A stretch of 57,563 nucleotides of DNA from an uncultured Candidatus Saccharibacteria bacterium (GTDB lineage: Bacteria; Patescibacteriota; Andersenbacteria; UBA10190), in NCBI GenBank assembly GCA_964610055.1, contig CAZSUC010000001.1, forward strand, positions 157,304-214,866, read 5' to 3'. Positions 33,434-41,956 of this stretch are shown in pieces. A program made the translations under genes and the position numbers. The notes below the pieces were generated by a model. That model had not been told where the DNA came from. It saw only the letters and a program-made list of their open reading frames with translations, and did no database searches. Every line of letters begins with the position of its first letter. Within the stretch, counting starts at the first letter, position 1.

Positions 33434-34010
33434 TGGTTGCTTAAAAATATAAGCAAACCTATGTCATGCATAATTATATCATATCTAAATCCCTAAATTA
33501 ATAACTCAATCATAACAACTAATCCTGGTATTTAATCCAACTTTTGTTGGTAATAAATATTAATTTTTAAGTAGTTATATTTGTTTATATCTCTCATTCT
33601 TCGCGGTTTTAATAGGCAATTAACATTGTCCGCACTTTAATTTAATTATCGCTTAATCTCTTCTTGGTTATTCTTGTTCCTCCTTAAGACAGATAAAAAA
33701 ACAGTCATGGTTACATAAGCTGGTATAGCTATAATTTAATCGTCATCAGCTTGATCTCTGTAATGTATAATTATGTTTCTATTTGATTTCGCCCAAGCCT
33801 GTTTTTTACTAACGACTAGACCGAACCAAAACTAGGCATTAGTTATCACTCTTTCTAAAATATATGCAAATGCATACCAAATAAGCTATGCATAAATTGT
33901 CAGATGCCAAAATATCTTGCGGACACAAAAATTACTCACTGGTTTTACTGCTAATAAATAATATTATTGGCGCATTATCTTTTATATCCAGGAAAGATTA
34001 TAATATACAC

Positions 34011-34811
34011 ATGAAATCCTTCGTGCGGATCTTTGGTGTTTATTTCACTCTCGCAGTTGTTTTAGGGCTTGCACCGTGGTTGGTAAAAGCTCAAGTTTTA
34101 CGCGGGTTACCCGGTTTAGCTGAATACGTTAACCTTGAAGAAAGTGACGTTCAAAACGGCTATTTAGTCGCTCTAAATGAGGGCAAGTATCAACTCGCTT
34201 CCGAAGAATACTCTCCCTATCTTTATGGCGTTGTTGCGCTTAATCCTGCTGTCGCTGTTAGTCAAATCGGTCATCAAAATGCTTATCCGGTCGTTACGTC
34301 TGGGTCATCAGAAGTCATAGTTTCAGCTGCTAACGGCACTATTGCTCCTGGTGATTACATTACTAGCTCTACTACGCCTGGCGTTGGAATGAAAGCCAGT
34401 GAAGCCGGATTCGTTATTGGGATCGCCCAAGCTGAATATACTAACACTAATGAGCCAGGACTAATTACAGTTGTTATTGATTCAAAGTTTATTAGTTCAT
34501 TAAGCAATGAACAGCTCTCAGCTCGAGCCTTTGCTGCTCAATTTCAAAATGCCTTCTCTATTGGTATGCGCGCCGCTGCTAGCGAACCTAATACCGCTTT
34601 ACGATATGGGGCCGCCGCTTTAGTTCTTATTATTTCAATTACAGTTGGTTTTCTAGTTTTTGGCCGAGCTGCTACTAACGGCATTGTTGCCGTCGGCCGC
34701 AATCCTCTGGCGCGCAAATCAATCTTCTTAGCCATTGCTTTTAATATTGGTATTACTGTTGTTTTTGCTGCTGTTGGTCTCATACTGGCTCTCATTATTC
34801 TCGCGCTGTAA
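34011..34811 (+). CDS. Signal-peptide protein with an extracytoplasmic beta-rich domain and a C-terminal two-helix hairpin resembling an F-ATPase c subunit (RNP loop, no acidic residue)
   Basis: The start was chosen at MKSFVRIFGVYFTLAVVLGLAPWLVKAQ (signal-peptide-like); the track ORF begins at 33888. The C-terminus is ..AALVLIISITVGFLVFGRAATNGIVAVGRNPLARKSIFLAIAFNIGITVVFAAVGLILALIILAL. It is the first gene of the atp cluster, 9 nt upstream of the next gene. Confidence 0.6.
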   Translation: MKSFVRIFGVYFTLAVVLGLAPWLVKAQVLRGLPGLAEYVNLEESDVQNGYLVALNEGKYQLASEEYSPYLYGVVALNPAVAVSQIGHQNAYPVVTSGSSEVIVSAANGTIAPGDYITSSTTPGVGMKASEAGFVIGIAQAEYTNTNEPGLITVVIDSKFISSLSNEQLSARAFAAQFQNAFSIGMRAAASEPNTALRYGAAALVLIISITVGFLVFGRAATNGIVAVGRNPLARKSIFLAIAFNIGITVVFAAVGLILALIILAL

Positions 34812-34820
34812 AATATCTTT

Positions 34821-35561
34821 ATGAATCGTATGTCTGATACATCCAGTTCCGCTCAAGAAGCTGCTGATAAGTTATCGCGCAATCTTGCTGGTATGGAACA
34901 AGATATTCGCACTGCTTTTGAATCAGCTTTGGGCCGTGTTTTAGATGATTTACAAACCAGCACTAATGCACGTGTTGACCGAGCTCTTTCTCGCTATGAG
35001 CAAGAGCTATCTTCTACCGTTGCTGCTGCTAAAGCAAAAATATTAGGCCAGGCTGAATCTTTTTCAACAGATGCACAGTCTCGTATTGTGTCTATTGAAC
35101 GAACTGCCTCTGATCGTATTGAGGAAGCAACTGCTGGTTTTGAAAAAACACTTCAACGAATTCAGACGTTACTCTCAACCTATTCTCAACAATTAGACGA
35201 GCATGCTCAAAAACAAGTTGAAATCGTCTTAAAAGACTTCCAATCTCACCTTTTGGACACTTTAAAGCAAGTCGATGCCCATACTGACACTGAAATCACT
35301 ACTTTTATTGAAGCCGCTAAAGAACAAACTATTAATCTCGAAAAAACTGCTCATGAACAATTTGCTCAAGAAGCTCAAAAATACGCCTCCTCACTTCTTA
35401 CTGCCAAAAACGACATTCTAGCTAAATACGAAAATCATTTACAACAAGCCTTACCTCAAACAATTTCTGATTCCTTACGTAAAACGCTTACTCCGCAACA
35501 ACAACAAGAACTTGTTATGGATGCTCTTAATCAATTAAAACAGGATTCATGGGCGCAGTAG
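34821..35561 (+). CDS. Soluble all-helical coiled-coil protein in the operon position of ATPase subunit b (no TM helix)
   Basis: 246 aa, rich in A/Q/E/K/L/T with heptad-like character throughout and no hydrophobic segment. Overlaps the delta gene by 13 nt. Confidence 0.65.
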   Translation: MNRMSDTSSSAQEAADKLSRNLAGMEQDIRTAFESALGRVLDDLQTSTNARVDRALSRYEQELSSTVAAAKAKILGQAESFSTDAQSRIVSIERTASDRIEEATAGFEKTLQRIQTLLSTYSQQLDEHAQKQVEIVLKDFQSHLLDTLKQVDAHTDTEITTFIEAAKEQTINLEKTAHEQFAQEAQKYASSLLTAKNDILAKYENHLQQALPQTISDSLRKTLTPQQQQELVMDALNQLKQDSWAQ

Positions 35562-36019
35562 CTGACCAAATCCTCCCCTTTCGGGTTATTCTGGCTGCTG
35601 ATGCCACTTTTTTTTCCGTTCGCTTAGATCAAGCCTATAACGCTCTCTTCTCTTTAAAAAAAGATTGGCGCCCGGTAATTGCTGATTTATTCTCTGTTAG
35701 TGAATATCAGCATATTTTTCGTAATTTAAATATTACTGATAAAACTTCTCCTTCCGAAGTCGTAGACGTTATTCAAAACATGCAGTCGGCCCTAGCAGCT
35801 TTGCCGGTCATTGATCTAAAACTCGCTTTTTTGCCCTCTCGATCATTCTCTGAGCAATTAGTAGATTGGTTTGATCAGTATGGTCCTGGGCCCGGACGTT
35901 TAAATTTAATTTTTGATCCTACCCTAATTGGCGGTCTGTCAGTTGGTTATCTTGGACGCTTATACGACTATTCCCTATCCAAACATCTTTCTTATGATGG
36001 ATTATCAACAATATCGTAA
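35549..36019 (+). CDS. atpH: F-type ATPase subunit delta (OSCP-like), short and divergent
   Basis: The C-terminal signature ..LIFDPTLIGGLSVGYLGRLYDYSLSKHL matches the V.DP.LIGG..V..G....D.S....L motif of delta/OSCP. The gene sits directly before alpha. Confidence 0.7.
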   Translation: MGAVADQILPFRVILAADATFFSVRLDQAYNALFSLKKDWRPVIADLFSVSEYQHIFRNLNITDKTSPSEVVDVIQNMQSALAALPVIDLKLAFLPSRSFSEQLVDWFDQYGPGPGRLNLIFDPTLIGGLSVGYLGRLYDYSLSKHLSYDGLSTIS

Positions 36020-37472
36020 AGAATCAAGCGAATACGGAGTTTTAGCAGAGCTTAAGCATCCGCTCGCTTTTGTTCGCGGATTACCAGAGGTCGCGGTTGG
36101 AGAAGTCGTGGTGTTTGAAAATGGTATTACTGGGCAGGTAACCGCTTTGCAAGCTGAATTTGTGGAAGTGCTGGTGTTGTCCAGCGGTCGTCTCGTGCCC
36201 GGAACAGAAGTCGTTCGCACTAATACTCAGCTTTCTGTTAAAGTTGGCCAATATCTTCAGGGTGCAGCCATTAATCCCCTCGGACAATCCTTATTTCCTG
36301 ATAATCCTGTTGTGGTATCCGACGATGCCACTGACCGTGTAACTGATATCAATCCTCCTCATATTAGCCATCGTACCGCTATTAAAACACCATTTTTAAC
36401 CGGTACTAGTGTTACCGACCTACTTTTACCTCTCGGACGTGGTCAACGTCAAGCCGTTCTTGGTGATCCTACAACTGGAAAAAATTCATTCTTATTAACT
36501 ACAGTTAAAGCTCACGCCACTCACGGCAAGGTTGTTTACGCTATGATTGGCAAGCCGTGGAATGATATTCGCAAAGTATATAATTTCATTGCCGAATCGC
36601 CTAATAAAGACAACATCACGTTAGTTGCAACAAGCGCGGAAGATATTATTAGCCTTATTTGCCAAACTCCGTTTACTGCTATGACTATTGCGGAATATTG
36701 GCGCGATCAAGGCGAAGATGTTGTCATTATTTTCGACGATTTATCCACGCACGCGCGTTTTTATCGAGAAGTTGGCTTATTAGCACGTCATTTCCCGGCT
36801 CGTGAGTCTTACCCTGGTGATATTTTCCATTTGCATGCTCGTCTTCTGGAGCGCGGCGGTAATTTTATTCATCCTGACAAAGGCGAATCCTCCATTACTT
36901 GCTTGCCTGTTGGCGAGACTGTGCGCGGAGAATTAACTGGTTACATTGTTTCTAACTTAATTGGTATTACAGACGGCCATCTTCTGTTTGATGAAACTAT
37001 TTTTAGCCAAGGACGTCGCCCTGCTATCGATGTTTCTTTATCTGTTACTCGTGTTGGTGGACACACTCAAAGTCCTTTAATTCGTGCTTTGCACCGCAAA
37101 TTAGTGGTTTTAATGAATAAACATGAAGAAGCTCAAGGATACACCCATTTTGGAGCTGAATTACCGGAAGCCATGCAACGCATTCTTGATGCTGGTGATT
37201 GTTTGTTAGAGTTCCTTTCACAACCGCTCTTCTTTACTGTTCCCTACTCTGTGCAAGTGGTTTTCTCTGCCATGATTTGGATGGGCTGGATGAATCAGCA
37301 TAAAACTGAAATCCCCGCTTGGCGAAATAACCTATCTGCTGCCTATAATCAAGATGGAAATAAACAAATACTAGATGCTCTGCTAGAGCCTAAATCATTA
37401 GATGAATTTGTCCAAAAACTTGCCGCGAGTCGCGAGCACCTTCTGGGGCTATGCCAGGCGTCCAAGACATAA
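35994..37472 (+). CDS. atpA: F-type ATPase subunit alpha (Walker A variant GDPTTGKN)
   Basis: LLPLGRGQRQAVLGDPTTGKNS, IFDDLSTHARFYREV.LL..R.P.RE.YPGDIFHLHARLLER, ITDGHL.F, SLSVTRVGG. The start was placed at the MM codons 35994/35997; the track ORF starts at 35928, inside atpH. Confidence 0.9.
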   Translation: MMDYQQYRKESSEYGVLAELKHPLAFVRGLPEVAVGEVVVFENGITGQVTALQAEFVEVLVLSSGRLVPGTEVVRTNTQLSVKVGQYLQGAAINPLGQSLFPDNPVVVSDDATDRVTDINPPHISHRTAIKTPFLTGTSVTDLLLPLGRGQRQAVLGDPTTGKNSFLLTTVKAHATHGKVVYAMIGKPWNDIRKVYNFIAESPNKDNITLVATSAEDIISLICQTPFTAMTIAEYWRDQGEDVVIIFDDLSTHARFYREVGLLARHFPARESYPGDIFHLHARLLERGGNFIHPDKGESSITCLPVGETVRGELTGYIVSNLIGITDGHLLFDETIFSQGRRPAIDVSLSVTRVGGHTQSPLIRALHRKLVVLMNKHEEAQGYTHFGAELPEAMQRILDAGDCLLEFLSQPLFFTVPYSVQVVFSAMIWMGWMNQHKTEIPAWRNNLSAAYNQDGNKQILDALLEPKSLDEFVQKLAASREHLLGLCQASKT

Positions 37473-38317
37473 GCAATGAGATTGTTTTTGTTAAGAACCT
37501 TCAGCGGCTAGTTTCGGCCTATGAAGAAATTGCTGTTATGCGCATCGAAAAAGTGCGTCAAAATGTTATTGCCGCCCGTTTTTTTCGCGAAGGTTTGTCT
37601 AACGTTTTTTCTGAAATTCAACTCTCCCACCAACGTGACATAGCTGTTCAGCTAGAAAAAAAGAAAAAACATCTTATCCCTCGGCAAGCCGTCGTACTTA
37701 TATCCACTAACACTCGTTTAGCTGGTTCTATCACCGCTCGAGTTACTCAAAGTTTTATTAAATATGTGAATAGTAATGATGCCGATGCCGTCGTTTTAGG
37801 GCAAATTGGTAAAGAATATTTAGCTCAAGCTGGATTTAAGCGCGAAATTGCCTTTTTCCCTCTCTTAAAAGATCAGCCTGATATGGCCGATCTCAAGCCT
37901 TTAGTTGATCATATCCTCAAGTATCAAGCTGTTACTGTGTTCTTTGGTCACTTTGAAAATCTCGTGACTCAAAAACCAGCGCAAGTAGAGTTAGGTAGCC
38001 GTCAAATATTAGACGAACTTTCTAAAATTACTTCCAAATCACCTAAAAACATTGATACTTACCTTTTTGAGCCGTCTTTAGACGAAATTATTCGGTTTTT
38101 TAATGATCAGATCTTCGGCACGCTGGTCAAAATGACCATGAGCGAGTCGTGGTTGTCTTTGCTTGGGTCTCGTATTACTGCTATGGAGCAAGCCTCTGGT
38201 AATGTTGTTAAGCGTATTCATGTTCTTGAACAGGAACATCGTCAAGCTGCTCGTCGTTTGCAAAATACTAAGCAGCGCGACCGTCTCAGTGGCATTACTT
38301 TATGGCATAATACATAG
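37451..38317 (+). CDS. atpG: F-type ATPase subunit gamma
   Basis: The N-terminal ..I..V.N.Q.....E.IA..R..K helix and the C-terminal RITAMEQASGN..K....L....RQAARRLQNTKQ pattern resemble gamma. 288 aa, between alpha and beta. Confidence 0.85.
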   Translation: MPGVQDISNEIVFVKNLQRLVSAYEEIAVMRIEKVRQNVIAARFFREGLSNVFSEIQLSHQRDIAVQLEKKKKHLIPRQAVVLISTNTRLAGSITARVTQSFIKYVNSNDADAVVLGQIGKEYLAQAGFKREIAFFPLLKDQPDMADLKPLVDHILKYQAVTVFFGHFENLVTQKPAQVELGSRQILDELSKITSKSPKNIDTYLFEPSLDEIIRFFNDQIFGTLVKMTMSESWLSLLGSRITAMEQASGNVVKRIHVLEQEHRQAARRLQNTKQRDRLSGITLWHNT

Positions 38318-38318
38318 T

Positions 38319-39770
38319 ATGGAAATCACCGGATACATCACTTCTGTTCAGGGGCAGGTTGCTCGAGTTAAATTTGAAAATCGGCGTCCTACTCGTCATG
38401 ACATTCTCATTACTCAAAATGACCACCCATCTCTTTTAGAGGTCATTGCTTCTGACACTCCGGAAACATTCTATTGTTTTATCTTAAATCCCGAACATAA
38501 TCTAGCCCGTGGCGTCGTTGTTAAAAGCCAAGGAGAGTCTCTCATGATTCCTGTTGGGCCAGGTGTTTTAGGTCGCGCCTTTGATATTTTTGGCTCCCCG
38601 CACGATGAATTAGGCGAAATTAAAAGCGATCAGCATCGTCCCCTCTTCGCCCCTCGACAACAAAATTTGAATAATATTCAAACTCCCGAAGAAGTCGTTG
38701 AGACCGGTATCAAAGCCTTAGATTTTTTTACGCCAATATTTCGTGGTGGCAAAACTGCTTTTGTCGGCGGCGCTGGTGTGGGTAAAACCGTTATTCTAAC
38801 CGCTATCATCAATCGTCTCGTTGTAGAAGCAAAATCAGATCAGAAAACTGTCGCGGTTTATAGTGCTGTTGGTGAGCGTTCCCGTGAGGCTCAAGAATTA
38901 CATTCTGATCTAAAAGAGGCCAATGCTTTGCCATATACCAGCCTTATCCTGGGTCAAATGGGCGAAAATCCTGCTTTGCGTTTTCGTACCGCTTATGCTG
39001 GTGCGACCATTGCTGAGTATTTTCGGGATGACATGTCCACCAATGTTCTCTTTTTCATGGATAATGTTTATCGCTTTGCTCAAGCTGGCCATGAATTAGC
39101 CACTATTATGGGACAAATCCCATCCGAAGATGGTTATCAACCAACTTTGTCCTCGGAAATGGCTGAGCTTAATGAGCGTCTCGTTTCTACAAAAAATGCT
39201 AGTATCACCTCCTTTTTAGCCGTTTTCGTTCCGTCCGATGATCTAACTGATTATGGAGTACGCTCTGTCTTCCCTTATATCGATAGTATTATTATCTTGT
39301 CTCGTGAAATTTTTCAGTCCGGTCGCTTACCTGCTATTGACCTTTTACGATCTACCTCTGCCGCGCTTAATCCTCTGACCATTGGCGAAAAACACTACTC
39401 AACCTATATTCGCGCTAAACAGATTATGGAAAAAGCCACTGATTTAAAGCGTATAGTATCGTTGGTCGGTGAAAGCGAACTTTCTCAGGAAAACCAGTTA
39501 GTTTATCGGCGTTCTCAGTTGATTACAAACTTTATGACACAAGATTTGTTCGTTGGCTCAACTATTTCTGAATCAGTCCGAGAGTTTATTGGACGTGAAG
39601 AAACCGTCGATGCTATCAGTGATATTATTGACGGTAAATATGACGAATTACAGCCCGATCAGTTACTTTATATCGGTAGTATCAAGAACTTAGGTAAACA
39701 AAATAAAGATCTCAAAGAAAAAGCTATTCAGCAACAAGCTGACCAAGAATCAGTCCGCACTTCTTCGTAA
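38319..39770 (+). CDS. atpD: F-type ATPase subunit beta (catalytic; intact Walker A/B)
   Basis: GGKTAFVGGAGVGKTV, VGERSREAQEL, LFFMDNVYRFAQAGHE, GYQPTL, VPSDDLTDY, GRLPAIDLL.STS. The DELSEED region is degenerate (GESELSQENQ). The start MEITGYITSVQG is at 38319, one nt after the atpG stop. Confidence 0.95.
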   Translation: MEITGYITSVQGQVARVKFENRRPTRHDILITQNDHPSLLEVIASDTPETFYCFILNPEHNLARGVVVKSQGESLMIPVGPGVLGRAFDIFGSPHDELGEIKSDQHRPLFAPRQQNLNNIQTPEEVVETGIKALDFFTPIFRGGKTAFVGGAGVGKTVILTAIINRLVVEAKSDQKTVAVYSAVGERSREAQELHSDLKEANALPYTSLILGQMGENPALRFRTAYAGATIAEYFRDDMSTNVLFFMDNVYRFAQAGHELATIMGQIPSEDGYQPTLSSEMAELNERLVSTKNASITSFLAVFVPSDDLTDYGVRSVFPYIDSIIILSREIFQSGRLPAIDLLRSTSAALNPLTIGEKHYSTYIRAKQIMEKATDLKRIVSLVGESELSQENQLVYRRSQLITNFMTQDLFVGSTISESVREFIGREETVDAISDIIDGKYDELQPDQLLYIGSIKNLGKQNKDLKEKAIQQQADQESVRTSS

Positions 39771-40031
39771 TTAAGTAACTAGGCCGACAAAAACATTGAC
39801 CTTATTGTTCCGGCACATCAAGACGCCACGATCAAGTTTAACTTCTTTAACGTGTCGCTTATCTGGTCGGATCATCAAATTATCCTTGATGAGAGAAATA
39901 AAATTAGCGTGTTCCGGTAATATATCGAACTTGCCCGCGTCGTTAACCGCACTCAAAGCTACCGCTCTCCCCTCAAACAATACACCTTCCGGAGCTACTA
40001 CCGACACATCCATTTGGGGATAATCGGCCAT
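39771..40031 (-). CDS. atpC: F-type ATPase subunit epsilon, N-terminal beta-sandwich domain only (86 aa)
   Basis: MDVSVVAPEGVLFEGRAVALSAVNDAGKFDILPEHANFISLIK...I......KEVKLDRGVLMCRNNKVNVFV aligns by eye along the whole E. coli epsilon N-terminal domain (LDVVSAE..MFSG.V..I.V.G.EGELGI.PGHAPLLTAIKPG.I.I...........L.GG.LEVQP..VTVLA). Confidence 0.8.
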   Translation of the reverse strand: MADYPQMDVSVVAPEGVLFEGRAVALSAVNDAGKFDILPEHANFISLIKDNLMIRPDKRHVKEVKLDRGVLMCRNNKVNVFVGLVT

Positions 40032-40048
40032 TCAAGATTATTATTCAA

Positions 40049-40639
40049 TTACGGAGCCACTGGTACCGTATCTTCAGAACCAGGTACTGGAGTTTCGTCT
40101 AACATCATTGGTGGTACTTCTTCCCCACCCATATCTTGTGGTACTACTGGCGTTGGAGTCACTTCAGCATCGCTAGTCGTAATTCTAACTGGCACAACAT
40201 CAAGAATCATATCGCGGTCAGAATCATATAAAATTGCTCTCTTTTCCGTGATAATCAAATGATCACCGTTTTTTGCCGGCTTATAAAATTCATTTGAAGC
40301 CTTTAATTTTTCTACATCCGTAATCGTTGCCACTGTCGGAGCTGGGTCAGTTGGAATATCCAAATGACGTCGTACTTTTGCCAAAATCTCTTCTGCCAAA
40401 GCCGATCCAGCTTGCTCCGAATTCTGTTTAGCAGCCTGTAACTCATTCGCAGTTTGCTCTAATTGCTGTTGCACTGTTCGGCGATCTTTTTCTGCCTTAA
40501 CGAACATAACGACAACTGCAATAATTGCAATTAAAAGCACGATATTTAGAAAACGTGCCATTCCGCCTCCGCGTTTGCGCGGCATACGAGTTTCTTTTGG
40601 TGTAATAGTAGATGGTTTTTCATTCATACTCACCATCAT
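40049..40639 (-). CDS. Hypothetical membrane-anchored protein (N-in single TM, coiled coil, C-terminal P/T/V-rich tail)
   Basis: RKRGGGMARFLNIVLLIAIIAVVVMFV anchor. No recognisable catalytic motif. Packed between tig and atpC. Confidence 0.6.
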   Translation of the reverse strand: MMVSMNEKPSTITPKETRMPRKRGGGMARFLNIVLLIAIIAVVVMFVKAEKDRRTVQQQLEQTANELQAAKQNSEQAGSALAEEILAKVRRHLDIPTDPAPTVATITDVEKLKASNEFYKPAKNGDHLIITEKRAILYDSDRDMILDVVPVRITTSDAEVTPTPVVPQDMGGEEVPPMMLDETPVPGSEDTVPVAP

Positions 40640-40651
40640 ACCAAACTTATC

Positions 40652-41953
40652 CTAAGACTGTAAATGCACAACTTTAACCTGTTCTTCTAACCAATCCAGC
40701 GCCTTCTGGCTACGCAATGATCCAGTGACATGACGACGCAATTCATCCGTATCCACTTCTTCTGCCGCTTGTTTAATATTCTTATATCTCGCTAAATATT
40801 GATCGATTTGTTTGCCCACTTCTTTTTCATCCGCTTCAATTTTCTGTTCTTCTACAATTTGTCGAATCGCTAAGTTAGCTCTCACTGCTTTTTCCGCTGT
40901 TTCTCGTAAGCTTTCACGAACTTCAGCCAAAGTTTTCTTTTGTTGCGCCAAATAATCATCCAGTGTTTTCTGCTGATATGCCAACATTTGCGCTAATTCA
41001 TACAATCTCCGGTCAATCTCCGCATTCACTAAAGATTCTGGTAAGGGGCCAAATTTAGATGATTCAACTAATTTATCTAATATTTCCCCACGTAAACGCT
41101 CGGACTCCTTCTGTTCTTTTTCAGTAGTCAAATTTTTCTGTAATTCTGATCGCAATTGCTCCAAAGTCTCAAACTTACCCACTTTTTGCGCAAACTCATC
41201 ATTTAATTCCGGGATCACCCTTTTTTGCACAGCATGCACTTTAACTTGAATTTTTGCGGTTTTATTACGCAAATTCTCTTGCGCGAAGTCTTCTGGAAAA
41301 GTAATTTCAAACTCTTTTTCTTGTCCCGCTGTTACACCTAAGAGCTGATCTTCGAATCCGGGTACAAAATGCCCCTCCCCTAAATGCACCGGATGATTTT
41401 TGCTTTCCCTATTCTCAATAATTTGACCATCAACCGAAACCGCAAAATCAATCACAACTGTGTCATTCTTTTCGGCCGGACGAGTCACTTCTAAATGAGT
41501 ACTACGCATTTTCGCTAAATACTGTAATTCTTCAGTTACTTTATCGTCGGTAACTGTAGCTTTTCGTTTCTCAGCCTTTATTTTGCTGGGATTACCTAAA
41601 GTAACTTCCGGCATTACATCAACAATGCTTTCAAACTCAATCCCTTCCGTTATTGACGCCTTGGTCACAGTCGTTGCTGGTTGTCCTAATGCTTCTACGT
41701 CTTTCGCTACCACTGCTTCCACAAACATTTGTGGAATTGCCTTATCTAAAGCCTGATTTACAACCGCTTCTTGGCCTAAGGCATCCGCTGCCACCTTAAC
41801 TGAGGCCTTTCCTGGTCTAAATCCTTTAATCGGGTGTTTCTTAGATAATTGTCTGGCTGCTTTTTCCAAGAACGGCGCAAAATCCTCCGCTCCAGCCTTA
41901 ATTTGTACTTTTACTTGCGATTTATCCGCAATCGGTTCAATCAAAATATCCAT
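40652..41953 (-). CDS. tig: Trigger factor
   Basis: The ribosome-binding motif GFRPGKAS near the N-terminus, a central FKBP-like segment and a helical C-terminal arm; 433 aa. Confidence 0.9.
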   Translation of the reverse strand: MDILIEPIADKSQVKVQIKAGAEDFAPFLEKAARQLSKKHPIKGFRPGKASVKVAADALGQEAVVNQALDKAIPQMFVEAVVAKDVEALGQPATTVTKASITEGIEFESIVDVMPEVTLGNPSKIKAEKRKATVTDDKVTEELQYLAKMRSTHLEVTRPAEKNDTVVIDFAVSVDGQIIENRESKNHPVHLGEGHFVPGFEDQLLGVTAGQEKEFEITFPEDFAQENLRNKTAKIQVKVHAVQKRVIPELNDEFAQKVGKFETLEQLRSELQKNLTTEKEQKESERLRGEILDKLVESSKFGPLPESLVNAEIDRRLYELAQMLAYQQKTLDDYLAQQKKTLAEVRESLRETAEKAVRANLAIRQIVEEQKIEADEKEVGKQIDQYLARYKNIKQAAEEVDTDELRRHVTGSLRSQKALDWLEEQVKVVHLQS

Positions 41954-41956
41954 AAC

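Noticed and set aside
33888-34010. N-terminal 41-aa extension of the first ATPase-cluster ORF
   Set aside because: The extension lies in the AT-rich spacer. The Met at 34011 starts a typical signal peptide (MKSFVRIFGVYFTLAVVLGLAPWLVKAQ). The extension cannot be excluded without N-terminal data.
33434-34010. Replication origin at the divergent AT-rich spacer
   Set aside because: I found no convincing DnaA boxes (TTATCCACA-like). There is no dnaA or dnaN nearby, and the window contains several other strand switches. GC skew could not be computed by eye.
35928-35993. Upstream extension of the atpA ORF (an analogous extension of atpD is at 38163-38318)
   Set aside because: Both extensions overlap the conserved C-terminal coding parts of the preceding genes (atpH, atpG) in another frame. 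They encode non-homologous hydrophobic sequence. Internal Met codons give N-termini that align with canonical alpha and beta.
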